This document shows positions 49,886 through 57,707 of a stretch of 64,000 bases of DNA, one piece after another (the first letter of the stretch is position 1; every line of letters begins with the position of its first letter). The stretch lies in NCBI GenBank assembly GCA_965216565.1, contig OZ244170.1:1792001-1856000 (forward strand), in the 5' to 3' direction. Below the pieces are notes generated by a model, which did not search any database, had not been told where the DNA came from, and saw only the letters and a program-made list of their open reading frames with translations. Position numbers and translations under genes: made by a program. Origin of the DNA: Bythopirellula sp. (GTDB lineage: Bacteria > Planctomycetota > Planctomycetia > Pirellulales > Lacipirellulaceae).

Positions 49886-50308
49886 CTAAGGCTTAGGCAC
49901 CTTAATCTGGAGGGGTAGGTCATCGGTGGAAATCACAAGTGGGGTCTTGACCGTACTAGTGTAGTCCCGAGGGACGAGCAACTCTCCATCTTTTTTCTTC
50001 GCGTATAGAATTGCCACCTTGTGTCGACCCGGCACCAAACCATCGCCGTATTTGTAGCTGGTGACGAGATCAAAACGCCCCTCTGAGTCTAGGTGAGCGA
50101 TAGCTGGCCGCGGTTTCGCATTTTCCATATCGGGTGCGTCGAGCGCAATAAATTTCAACTGAATGCCCGATTTTGGCACTGAGCTGCCATCCTCGTAAGT
50201 CAGAATGCCCTCGACCGGCACATAGCTGAAGGGCCCCGGGGATCCACAGCCTGGGAAAATAGACACAACAACCAAGGATGATAGCAGACGAGAAATCTCG
50301 CGTCTCAT
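49886..50308 (-). CDS. Carboxypeptidase-regulatory-like lipoprotein (DUF1559 partner)
   Basis: Lipobox-like FPGC; VPVEGILTYEDG, GLVPGRHKVAI, VPRDY and TPL. Confidence 0.8.
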   Translation of the reverse strand: MRREISRLLSSLVVVSIFPGCGSPGPFSYVPVEGILTYEDGSSVPKSGIQLKFIALDAPDMENAKPRPAIAHLDSEGRFDLVTSYKYGDGLVPGRHKVAILYAKKKDGELLVPRDYTSTVKTPLVISTDDLPLQIKVPKP

Positions 50309-50355
50309 AGACTCGCTCCGCAATTCTCCGAATATCTTCTTAGGAGATGCAATAC

Positions 50356-51480
50356 TCATTCTCCCAAACGGACTTCGTATCCATCCGCTCCCATGTTGAG
50401 CCGAGGCCAAACTCCGAATGCTTCTGGTGTGGTGTCGACAGGATCTTCTCCGATGAAGCCCCCAACTTGTAGCTCGCCAGTTTCGATAAAGTCGCTCAAA
50501 AAATGCGTACTTCCATCCGCCATAGCGACATGGGCACCTCCGGGATGGGTACTGCGCACTACTGATTGACCGCTAGCATTAACCGATTGGTCTGGCTGCA
50601 TACATTGGATTGCCAAAGTGTTTTGGCCTACGTCTTCGTAAATATCGCTGACGCCAAATACATCGTCATCGAACCCGCCGCAACTATTAATCGGTAATCC
50701 TGCATGACGGCAATGGAAGTTTGAACCACACATTCCCATTGCCCAAACACCGCGGCGGTCTCGCTCGCTGAGTCCCACTCGCATTTCCGCTAACATGATC
50801 GTGTTGGTAGTGCCATCGGTAATGCGAGCCATCGTCATCTTGGGGCCAGAGATGCCACCCATCCCCAAGTTGAATTCGGCGTACTCGGCAGCTTCTTTCT
50901 CAGCGGAACTTGCACCCTGCAAGTCACCCTGCATCACCTTAGTTAGTCCAGCATTAGGCCAAAACTGAAAGCCATTCAGGCCATAATTGCCGCGTGCCCA
51001 ACTGCTTCCCGGGAAACTGCCTCCTGTAAATCGTTGCCCCTGTCCCTGATCACTGGGACAAAGCATAACTGAGATTTCTGTGCTTCTGGCCTGTTCGTTC
51101 TCTGAGTCGGTAATTCGTTTTAGCGATGCCAGATCGACACTGATTTGAAACTGATCGTATAGGTTCTGTTGCTCGAAGTAGGGTAGAGTGTCTATCGCCC
51201 AATTTGAAAAGAGACGACTATCCTGTAACACGCTATCGTTCGAGCCGGGCCTTAGAGTCGAAGGGACCGGAAAATGGCCGCGAGCATCGTGAAAGTTGAT
51301 GACAGCCAGTGCCATATTTCGGATGTTGTTACTACACTGGATCCGTCGGGCGGCTTCGCGAGCCGACTGCACGGCTGGAAGCAGCAATGCGACAAGCACG
51401 CCAATGATCGCAATTACGACAAGCAATTCGACAAGCGTGAAGGCGCGTTGCGATTTGGCAGATGAATTCTGGGTGGTCAT
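50356..51480 (-). CDS. DUF1559 / prepilin-type N-methylation / H-X9-DG protein
   Basis: [47 protein letters not shown] and HPGGAHVAMADGS. Confidence 0.95.
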   Translation of the reverse strand: MTTQNSSAKSQRAFTLVELLVVIAIIGVLVALLLPAVQSAREAARRIQCSNNIRNMALAVINFHDARGHFPVPSTLRPGSNDSVLQDSRLFSNWAIDTLPYFEQQNLYDQFQISVDLASLKRITDSENEQARSTEISVMLCPSDQGQGQRFTGGSFPGSSWARGNYGLNGFQFWPNAGLTKVMQGDLQGASSAEKEAAEYAEFNLGMGGISGPKMTMARITDGTTNTIMLAEMRVGLSERDRRGVWAMGMCGSNFHCRHAGLPINSCGGFDDDVFGVSDIYEDVGQNTLAIQCMQPDQSVNASGQSVVRSTHPGGAHVAMADGSTHFLSDFIETGELQVGGFIGEDPVDTTPEAFGVWPRLNMGADGYEVRLGE

Positions 51481-51566
51481 TCCTCTTCTCCGCCCCTCAT
51501 TATTGCACTGAGTTCCGAATTTGCCCGTGTGCCAAGCTACAGACATTATGATAGCCGAAAATGAAA

Positions 51567-51584
51567 TGGTAAAGTACTTGAGCA
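51567..51584. promoter_or_regulatory. Mannan-locus operator copy 1
   Basis: TGGTAAAGTACTTGAGCA; overlaps the -35 of a minus-strand TTTACC-17-CATAAT. Confidence 0.7.
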
Positions 51585-51642
51585 GCTGCGATAAATAGCA
51601 GTTCGAGGAATCTTCTTGGGCCAGGCGATGAAATCGTTCAGC

Positions 51643-53238
51643 TTACCTTCTTCTACGCAGCAACAGCCCGCAGCCAAACCACGCTAACAACAGGGAATTC
51701 GGTTCCGGAACAGCTGCAATACTCGCTGAAACGGGGGGAGCACTGCCGAATTGAGATTCCCAAATCGCAAGGTCCGCAGCTCCGACCACTCCGTCGCCGT
51801 TGGCGTCGCCATTACTATTGTCGGACTGTCCAGTTTGGCCAACATTCTGCTGGTAGATCAAGAAATCAAGACCAGTCACCAACCCGTCTCCATCAAAGTC
51901 TGCACTATCGTCGGCCACTTCTGTGAGCAAGCGGAAGTTGTCAATTTGGTAGATACCCGCACCATCGGTACTAGTTGAAATGCCGATGCGAAGGAAATTG
52001 GTGTTTTCATCTAATCCGGCATCCGCAAGCGATTGAGAAAGCGAATCGTCGACCATTCCACTGAGCGGAATAGTTACGGTCCCAGTTTCCCCAATCGTTT
52101 GAATGCCGTTGAAACTTCCGCCAAACCCATCGAAGAAAGTACCCTGATCGTCGGAGAAATGAACTCCGAAAGATGTGAAGGTTGGCGAATTGGGAAATGA
52201 GTCGTCAAATCGCACATCGAATGCCAGGGAACTTGCACCGTTGATCTTACCCACCAAGTCGTCAATCAGCCCTTGGATGGTGGGATCGATATCTTCAATA
52301 TTGGGATCTGGATTGATGTCGGAATCTAGCGTGAATTGACTGCCCCAGGTGAACGCGCCGTTGGGATCTTGGAGTCCCGTGCGATCGATCTGCAAGCTGG
52401 AACTTCCAGCAGTTGCGCCTAAGCTGGAAATTGAATGAGCGTGGCCCGTTTGGAATCCTTCGGTCCAGTTTTCAAACTGCTCGTTCACACTAGGGGTATT
52501 GGGGTCATCGGGCGTTTCCCAGGAGAAAATGGTCTCCTCAGTAAATTCTGGCAGTCCGGTTAGACGGATGTTGTCTATTGCTATGTCAGCCGTGCCGGAC
52601 CAAGCACCATTTGACTTGAAACCAATATCAAAGAAGCCGGAGCCTTGCCCAAGCTTGAGAGTCGGCCCCAATGGCACGACGGCATGGTATTGATTGGGAA
52701 CGGCTGTGGGCGTGATCGTCATCCCGTCTGAATCCGCTAGTCCACCCGTTAGGGTAGGAAATGAGGAATTCGTATCGCCTCCAATGAAATCGCCGGTTCC
52801 GTATTGAGAGAACCCCGCATCGCTATTGATATACATTCCGAGCTGCATGAAGGCATCCGCAGTCACATTGGAAAGATCAAATGTAAAGTCGAATTCAAAA
52901 TTTGGCGTCTTACCGGCGGCGATCTCATCTGCAGCCACAGACAGCAAATCGAAAGCATTTTCAAAGCCGGCGGTGCTACCGTTAAAATTCCCTGTCTTGC
53001 CGACATCGTTTTTAAATCCAGAGGTAAGATCATCCATGAGCATCGACATCGAACCTTCGGTTGCGCCAAAAGTGCTTTGAGTGAGCGTCGCATTGGCCGC
53101 CGACCAGCCTTCCAAATCTGGCTCAAAAGACCACAGCAACTGGGCTTCGGCAGAAGGAGTCACCAGAATCATCGCACACATTGCGAACAGAACTGCAATT
53201 TGTCGCGAAACTCTATTGCTTAGCTTCATCTGTCTCAA
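51643..53238 (-). CDS. Non-catalytic PEP-CTERM protein with two CBM-like repeats and dockerin-like repeats
   Basis: Signal peptide; repeats LLWSFE...IDNIRL and IFSWE...IDNFRL; DFDGDG/DANGDG; VPEP...RRRR. Confidence 0.85.
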   Translation of the reverse strand: MRQMKLSNRVSRQIAVLFAMCAMILVTPSAEAQLLWSFEPDLEGWSAANATLTQSTFGATEGSMSMLMDDLTSGFKNDVGKTGNFNGSTAGFENAFDLLSVAADEIAAGKTPNFEFDFTFDLSNVTADAFMQLGMYINSDAGFSQYGTGDFIGGDTNSSFPTLTGGLADSDGMTITPTAVPNQYHAVVPLGPTLKLGQGSGFFDIGFKSNGAWSGTADIAIDNIRLTGLPEFTEETIFSWETPDDPNTPSVNEQFENWTEGFQTGHAHSISSLGATAGSSSLQIDRTGLQDPNGAFTWGSQFTLDSDINPDPNIEDIDPTIQGLIDDLVGKINGASSLAFDVRFDDSFPNSPTFTSFGVHFSDDQGTFFDGFGGSFNGIQTIGETGTVTIPLSGMVDDSLSQSLADAGLDENTNFLRIGISTSTDGAGIYQIDNFRLLTEVADDSADFDGDGLVTGLDFLIYQQNVGQTGQSDNSNGDANGDGVVGAADLAIWESQFGSAPPVSASIAAVPEPNSLLLAWFGCGLLLRRRR

Positions 53239-53366
53239 ACTCCTTATCCGAAATCGGCATGCAAGGCATCAGGAAAATGCGTGCTAATTAAATGCGGTTG
53301 CCGGCTGTCATTGAAACTGTGGACTCTCGAAACACACGAGGCCATCGAACGTTTGCTCGGCTGCAA

Positions 53367-53413
53367 CATATCCCCGCAGATCTAACGTGTCAGTCAGATC
53401 TGCGAGGGATATG
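53367..53413. terminator. Intergenic stem-loop between the two PEP-CTERM genes
   Basis: CATATCCCCGCAGATCT / AGATCTGCGAGGGATATG near-perfect inverted repeat. Confidence 0.5.
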
Positions 53414-53454
53414 GAATTGCAACTGATTCAAGTTCGCAAACCAAGTATCTGCCG

Positions 53455-54639
53455 TTACTTCTTCGCTCTTCTAGGAAGCACTACGCAGCTCGCAGCAAAG
53501 CCAAGCAATACCAGGCTGCTTGGCTCTGGAATGGAGTACCGCACGAGGTCGATGTTAATATCGATATCGTTAGCGTGACTTCCTAGATTGACGCCGCTAA
53601 ACTGAACATTTTGCAGATCAGTGATGGACGTAATTGGGAAAGTTAAATCATAAAATGAACCATCGATTGGCAGCGACTGTGTGCCGGGTGTCTGGTACGT
53701 GAATCCACTACCTGTTTGGAAGTAGGCCTGAACGTCAACCGTACCGCCTCCAGCTGTCGGATCTGTCGCGGACATCCGATAGGTGACCAACCGGTAGTTG
53801 GATACATCAGTCAAGCGTTCGTTGAACGAATTTCCATTCCACGACGTACCATTGCCATAGGCGATGGCGGCGCCACTGGCTGAAACTGGATTGTTCGGAT
53901 CCGGTCCAACTCCAAGATCAGTCCATTGCAGCGAACCGCTTCCACTCAAGCTCTGAGAGAAACCCGTTTGATTCTGTCCACCATCGTTTCCAAGGATGGC
54001 CCCTTGATCAAAATTCGCAAAAACACCTTGAAGTCCACCGTCTGAAGCCCCTGCATCATGCGTTGCCAAATCTCGCTCAATAAGCGGTGTGCCACCGCTT
54101 CGTACTTCTTCCAGTGTCCAGGTTAAGTTTCCTTCGGTTCCTGAGTGATCCCGCGGAGTAAACCCGATAGTACGAATGTAAACTTGTTGTTCGAAAGTTA
54201 AGTTCGACAAAGGCAACTGATAAGTGCTAACCCCTGGAGATACCGCCACGTCGGGTGCAAGTGTTACAAAAGTAAAACCCTGCGATCCTTGAATATAGAA
54301 CTGGACGTCAACGTTGCCCGCACCGTTGTGACCCAAGTCGAATTCCAAGAAATCTAGTCCTGTCAAATCAAGGCCGCCACTCGCGGTGGAAGTTTCTAGG
54401 CGACGGTTGGAGCCGTCGCTATAGGATGTTTCTGTTCCACCGGTGCCTTCGATGATGGTTAGCTCGCCAGCGATAGTGTTCTGCAAAGTTACCGGTGTGG
54501 CGCCAAAATTTCTTTTCCAATCTTGAATATCACCAGTGCCATCCCAGGTATAGAGCACACCAGGCGACTGCGCTTGAACAGTTGAGCAGACCACAAGACT
54601 AGCTGCCAAAACAACAAAACACATGCACGTACGATTCAT
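53455..54639 (-). CDS. PEP-CTERM protein with two CBM-like repeats
   Basis: Signal peptide; internal repeat VDVQFYIQGSQGFTF / VDVQAYFQTGSGFTY; IPEPSS...RRAKK. Confidence 0.85.
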   Translation of the reverse strand: MNRTCMCFVVLAASLVVCSTVQAQSPGVLYTWDGTGDIQDWKRNFGATPVTLQNTIAGELTIIEGTGGTETSYSDGSNRRLETSTASGGLDLTGLDFLEFDLGHNGAGNVDVQFYIQGSQGFTFVTLAPDVAVSPGVSTYQLPLSNLTFEQQVYIRTIGFTPRDHSGTEGNLTWTLEEVRSGGTPLIERDLATHDAGASDGGLQGVFANFDQGAILGNDGGQNQTGFSQSLSGSGSLQWTDLGVGPDPNNPVSASGAAIAYGNGTSWNGNSFNERLTDVSNYRLVTYRMSATDPTAGGGTVDVQAYFQTGSGFTYQTPGTQSLPIDGSFYDLTFPITSITDLQNVQFSGVNLGSHANDIDINIDLVRYSIPEPSSLVLLGFAASCVVLPRRAKK

Positions 54640-54734
54640 TAGACTTCTCCCTCAAAAAAGAATTGACTCTGCTGATCGGGGCCAAGTTAACCACATTCGC
54701 TTGCCTAGACTCTGTAGGATTTCTCTCAGACATC

Positions 54735-54752
54735 TGCTCAACTACTTTAATG
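54735..54752. promoter_or_regulatory. Mannan-locus operator copy 2
   Basis: TGCTCAACTACTTTAATG (reverse complement CATTAAAGTAGTTGAGCA). Confidence 0.65.
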
Positions 54753-54855
54753 ACTCCTCATTTCAACACATTTGTAGGATTTGGTTTTGGGAATCGCTCC
54801 CGTCTTCCAAGACTGAATCACCCCTCAAAACTCTAGAAAAGCACCTAAATCTGCT

Positions 54856-54873
54856 TGGTAAAGTAGTTGACTA
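54856..54873. promoter_or_regulatory. Mannan-locus operator copy 3
   Basis: TGGTAAAGTAGTTGACTA at the predicted transcription start of the promoter at 54880-54908. Confidence 0.65.
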
Positions 54874-54879
54874 GCGCAC

Positions 54880-54908
54880 ATCCTAAGCGTCTCTGCTTGG
54901 CCTGTCAA
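54880..54908 (-). promoter_or_regulatory. Sigma70 promoter for the PEP-CTERM/DUF1559/GH cluster
   Basis: TTGACA-17nt-TAGGAT on the minus strand. Confidence 0.7.
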
Positions 54909-54972
54909 CTTTTTTCCCTGGAAAACCCATCAGCATTCCAGTGTAATCACCGGCAATCTGTAGCTCTACAAA

Positions 54973-56031
54973 TCAAGAGGAGTGGGTCGTCGATTCCCGC
55001 ACAATGAGGTCTCCCCCCACCCGGATGGTGGTAGGCGGGCTATCGCCAAAATCCCCATCGAGCCGATCCACAATCAACTGCGCGGCGCGGCGGCCGATTT
55101 CTTTCGGACGCTGCCGAACGGTGGTCAAAGGCGGATGGAGAGTCGCGGCAAAATCGAGATCCGCAAATCCAATCACCGATAGTTCCTCGGGGATCTTAAT
55201 CCCCAGCTTTTCGGCGGCTTCATACATGAACAGCGCTTCGTGGTCGGTGACCGCAAAAACTGCCGTCGGGCGAGGCTCTTGAGATAGGATTTCCTCGGCA
55301 ATTTCAGGGCCGTCTGTGCCCCATTGGTTAAGCCGCCAGCAAGTGAGCTGAATTTCCTCGTGCTTGCCGATGGCCTCTTCAAACGACGCCCTGCGCCGCA
55401 CCGCCCAAGCCTGCCAGGCCGTTTCTCGTGAGGAAAGGCACGCGATATTCGTATGTCCCAGCGAAATCAAGTGCTCCGCTACGGCTCGGGAACACCTCTC
55501 TTCATCAGTTTCAATGGAATCGGCGATCTGCTCTTCGGAAAACTCGTGGTCTACGACCACAACAGGCACTTTCCGAGCGAGGAGCTCTCGATAATGCTCA
55601 TAATAGGCAACTGCAAATGAGGGCCAGAGTATTAAGCCATCCACACGACGGTCGAGCAAGCGACTAATCTGCCCCAGGCCGGGGTCATCATCTTTTTCAA
55701 AGTGGGGCATTTCCTGGCAGTCCCCAACCCAGATGGTAATTGGCAAATAGTCCTTTGATTCGAGGACGATATGAATTCCAGCGAGTACGTCGACCCAAAA
55801 CGAATCGTAGGGGGGAATCATTACCCCCACTGTCTTTGTACGACCCGTTTGGATCCCGTTCACCAACAGGTTTCTCCGCCAGCCAAGTTCCCGGGCGACG
55901 TCGAGGACGCGTTTGCAGGTATCCTCGCCAAAGCGATCTTTTTCGCCTCGCAGGATCCGAGAAGCAGCGCTCAATGAAACATTGGCTGCCTTAGCAACAT
56001 CTTTCAGTCGGGGAGCCGAGGATTTAGCCAT
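54973..56031 (-). CDS. LacI family transcriptional regulator
   Basis: LKDVAKAANVSLSAASRIL, RVDGLI, IPEELSVIGF, PPLTTVRQ and LIVREST motifs. Confidence 0.95.
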   Translation of the reverse strand: MAKSSAPRLKDVAKAANVSLSAASRILRGEKDRFGEDTCKRVLDVARELGWRRNLLVNGIQTGRTKTVGVMIPPYDSFWVDVLAGIHIVLESKDYLPITIWVGDCQEMPHFEKDDDPGLGQISRLLDRRVDGLILWPSFAVAYYEHYRELLARKVPVVVVDHEFSEEQIADSIETDEERCSRAVAEHLISLGHTNIACLSSRETAWQAWAVRRRASFEEAIGKHEEIQLTCWRLNQWGTDGPEIAEEILSQEPRPTAVFAVTDHEALFMYEAAEKLGIKIPEELSVIGFADLDFAATLHPPLTTVRQRPKEIGRRAAQLIVDRLDGDFGDSPPTTIRVGGDLIVRESTTHSS

Positions 56032-56170
56032 TTTCTGGCCTTAAGGGACGGGATAACGAGGCCTCACCTTTGCATTCTAATGAGAATCAACCTAGGGATA
56101 TAGTCGCCCCGTGGCACTGGCGGCTACTTCGATCAGGGGAGGCAAAGCAAATATTGTACTTTTAGTCAAT

Positions 56171-56210
56171 TGCTCAAATACTTGAACATCGTCATTCTCT
56201 CAGGTACAGT
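56171..56210 (+). promoter_or_regulatory. Operator copy 4 overlapping the -35 of the GH130-SSS-GH5 promoter
   Basis: TGCTCAAATACTTGAACA (56171-56188); TTGAAC-17nt-TACAGT (56182-56210). Confidence 0.7.
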
Positions 56211-56457
56211 GAGAAGTGAATTGAGTGGTTGCCCGTAGTTTCAGGCACTGCCGATTCGCCGGAAGCGACCCTTTAAGCAAGGAACTGACAAGGGTATAGG
56301 CGCCTCGTCGCCAATATCGCACTGCAAAAAAACAGTTTGGGATTTCCTGAGCTCCGCCGCCGTTGGTGGGGCCAGTAATTCAATAGCAACCCAGTAATCC
56401 AAGAGCAATTCTGCTCCGTCAACAATCCAGTTAGCCATTTCATGGAAGCCGCGAATT

Positions 56458-56475
56458 AATGCAAGTAGTTGAGCT
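56458..56475. promoter_or_regulatory. Mannan-locus operator copy 5
   Basis: AATGCAAGTAGTTGAGCT, with core AAGTASTTGAGC. Confidence 0.55.
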
Positions 56476-56526
56476 TTGACTACCCTGCATTGGAAGAATG
56501 ATCAGTAATCTGATCGGAGACTATGT

Positions 56527-57618
56527 ATGAAGAAGGATTTGGATTCAGGCAAGATCGAGAATGCCGCAGATTCTGGCAGCGGCAGCGCTGCAGTAGCCGT
56601 ATCCTCCGGGGGCAGCACGGCTACGCGCACCGACACAGGATTGGCAGCATCGATTCCCTGGCAACAACGACCTGCTGGATCGCAAGAGATCGTTTGGCGG
56701 CATTCCGAGAATCCTATCATCGATAGAAACTTCGTGCCCGGCGCTCAAGGAATTTACAACAGTGCCGTGTTCCCATTTGGCGATGGCTTCGCGGGCGTGT
56801 TCCGCTACGAGAAAAAATGTCGCTATCCGCGTCTCCACTCCGGATGGAGTGAAGACGGCCTCGATTGGCACATTGAACCAGAGCCGATTTCATTTCAGGG
56901 CGAACCGGAAGTCGTCGACAAAGACGATTACGCTTATGACCCTCGCGTTTGCAAAATCGAAGATACTTACTATGTCACTTGGTGCGGCGGTCACGATGGA
57001 CCAACCATCAGCGTGGCATCGACCAAAGATTTCCAAAACTTCACGCGAATGGAAAATGCTTTCTTGCCATTCAATCGCAATGGAGTGCTGTTTCCTCGCA
57101 AAATTCATGGCAATTTTGTGATGCTCAGTCGTCCCAGCGATGACGGGCATACGCCGTTTGGCGACATCTACCTCAGCCAAAGTCCCGACATGTGCTATTG
57201 GGGCAAGCACCGTCTTGTAATGCGGCGGGGGGGAGATCACGTCGGTCAGTGGTGGCAACGCACAAAAATTGGTGCCGGCTCGATTCCAATTGAAACGCCG
57301 GACGGCTGGCTGATGATCTATCACGGTGTGATGGATACCTGCAACGGATTCGTTTACAGCATGGGGGCAGCACTACTCGATCTTGAGCAGCCGTGGAAGG
57401 TCTTGCACCGAACCAATCAACATATCATGACACCCGAAGCAGACTACGAAGTGAACGGGCACGTTCCGAACGTGGTATTCCCGACAGCCGCTGTGTGCGA
57501 CAAATCGCAAGATCGGCTTGCCATCTACTACGGGGCCGCCGATACAAGTTCCTGCGTTGCTTATGCTCACCTGAGCGAGTTGATCGCGTTCACAAAAGAG
57601 AATTCCGAAGTCTTTTGA
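56527..57618 (+). CDS. GH130 beta-1,4-mannooligosaccharide/mannoside phosphorylase (GH130_2-like)
   Basis: NSAVFPFGDGFAGVFR, YDPRVC, PFNRNGVLFPRKI, SRPSDDGHTPFGDI, KIGAG and YYGAAD motifs. Confidence 0.93.
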   Translation: MKKDLDSGKIENAADSGSGSAAVAVSSGGSTATRTDTGLAASIPWQQRPAGSQEIVWRHSENPIIDRNFVPGAQGIYNSAVFPFGDGFAGVFRYEKKCRYPRLHSGWSEDGLDWHIEPEPISFQGEPEVVDKDDYAYDPRVCKIEDTYYVTWCGGHDGPTISVASTKDFQNFTRMENAFLPFNRNGVLFPRKIHGNFVMLSRPSDDGHTPFGDIYLSQSPDMCYWGKHRLVMRRGGDHVGQWWQRTKIGAGSIPIETPDGWLMIYHGVMDTCNGFVYSMGAALLDLEQPWKVLHRTNQHIMTPEADYEVNGHVPNVVFPTAAVCDKSQDRLAIYYGAADTSSCVAYAHLSELIAFTKENSEVF

Positions 57619-57707
57619 TTCACCGTCGCTTGAGTTAGCCCGCCTAAACGCGGACACTAGCCTTACCAACCGCTTGGTTTTCTCTCTTTTGAGCTAGAAT
57701 AACCTTC

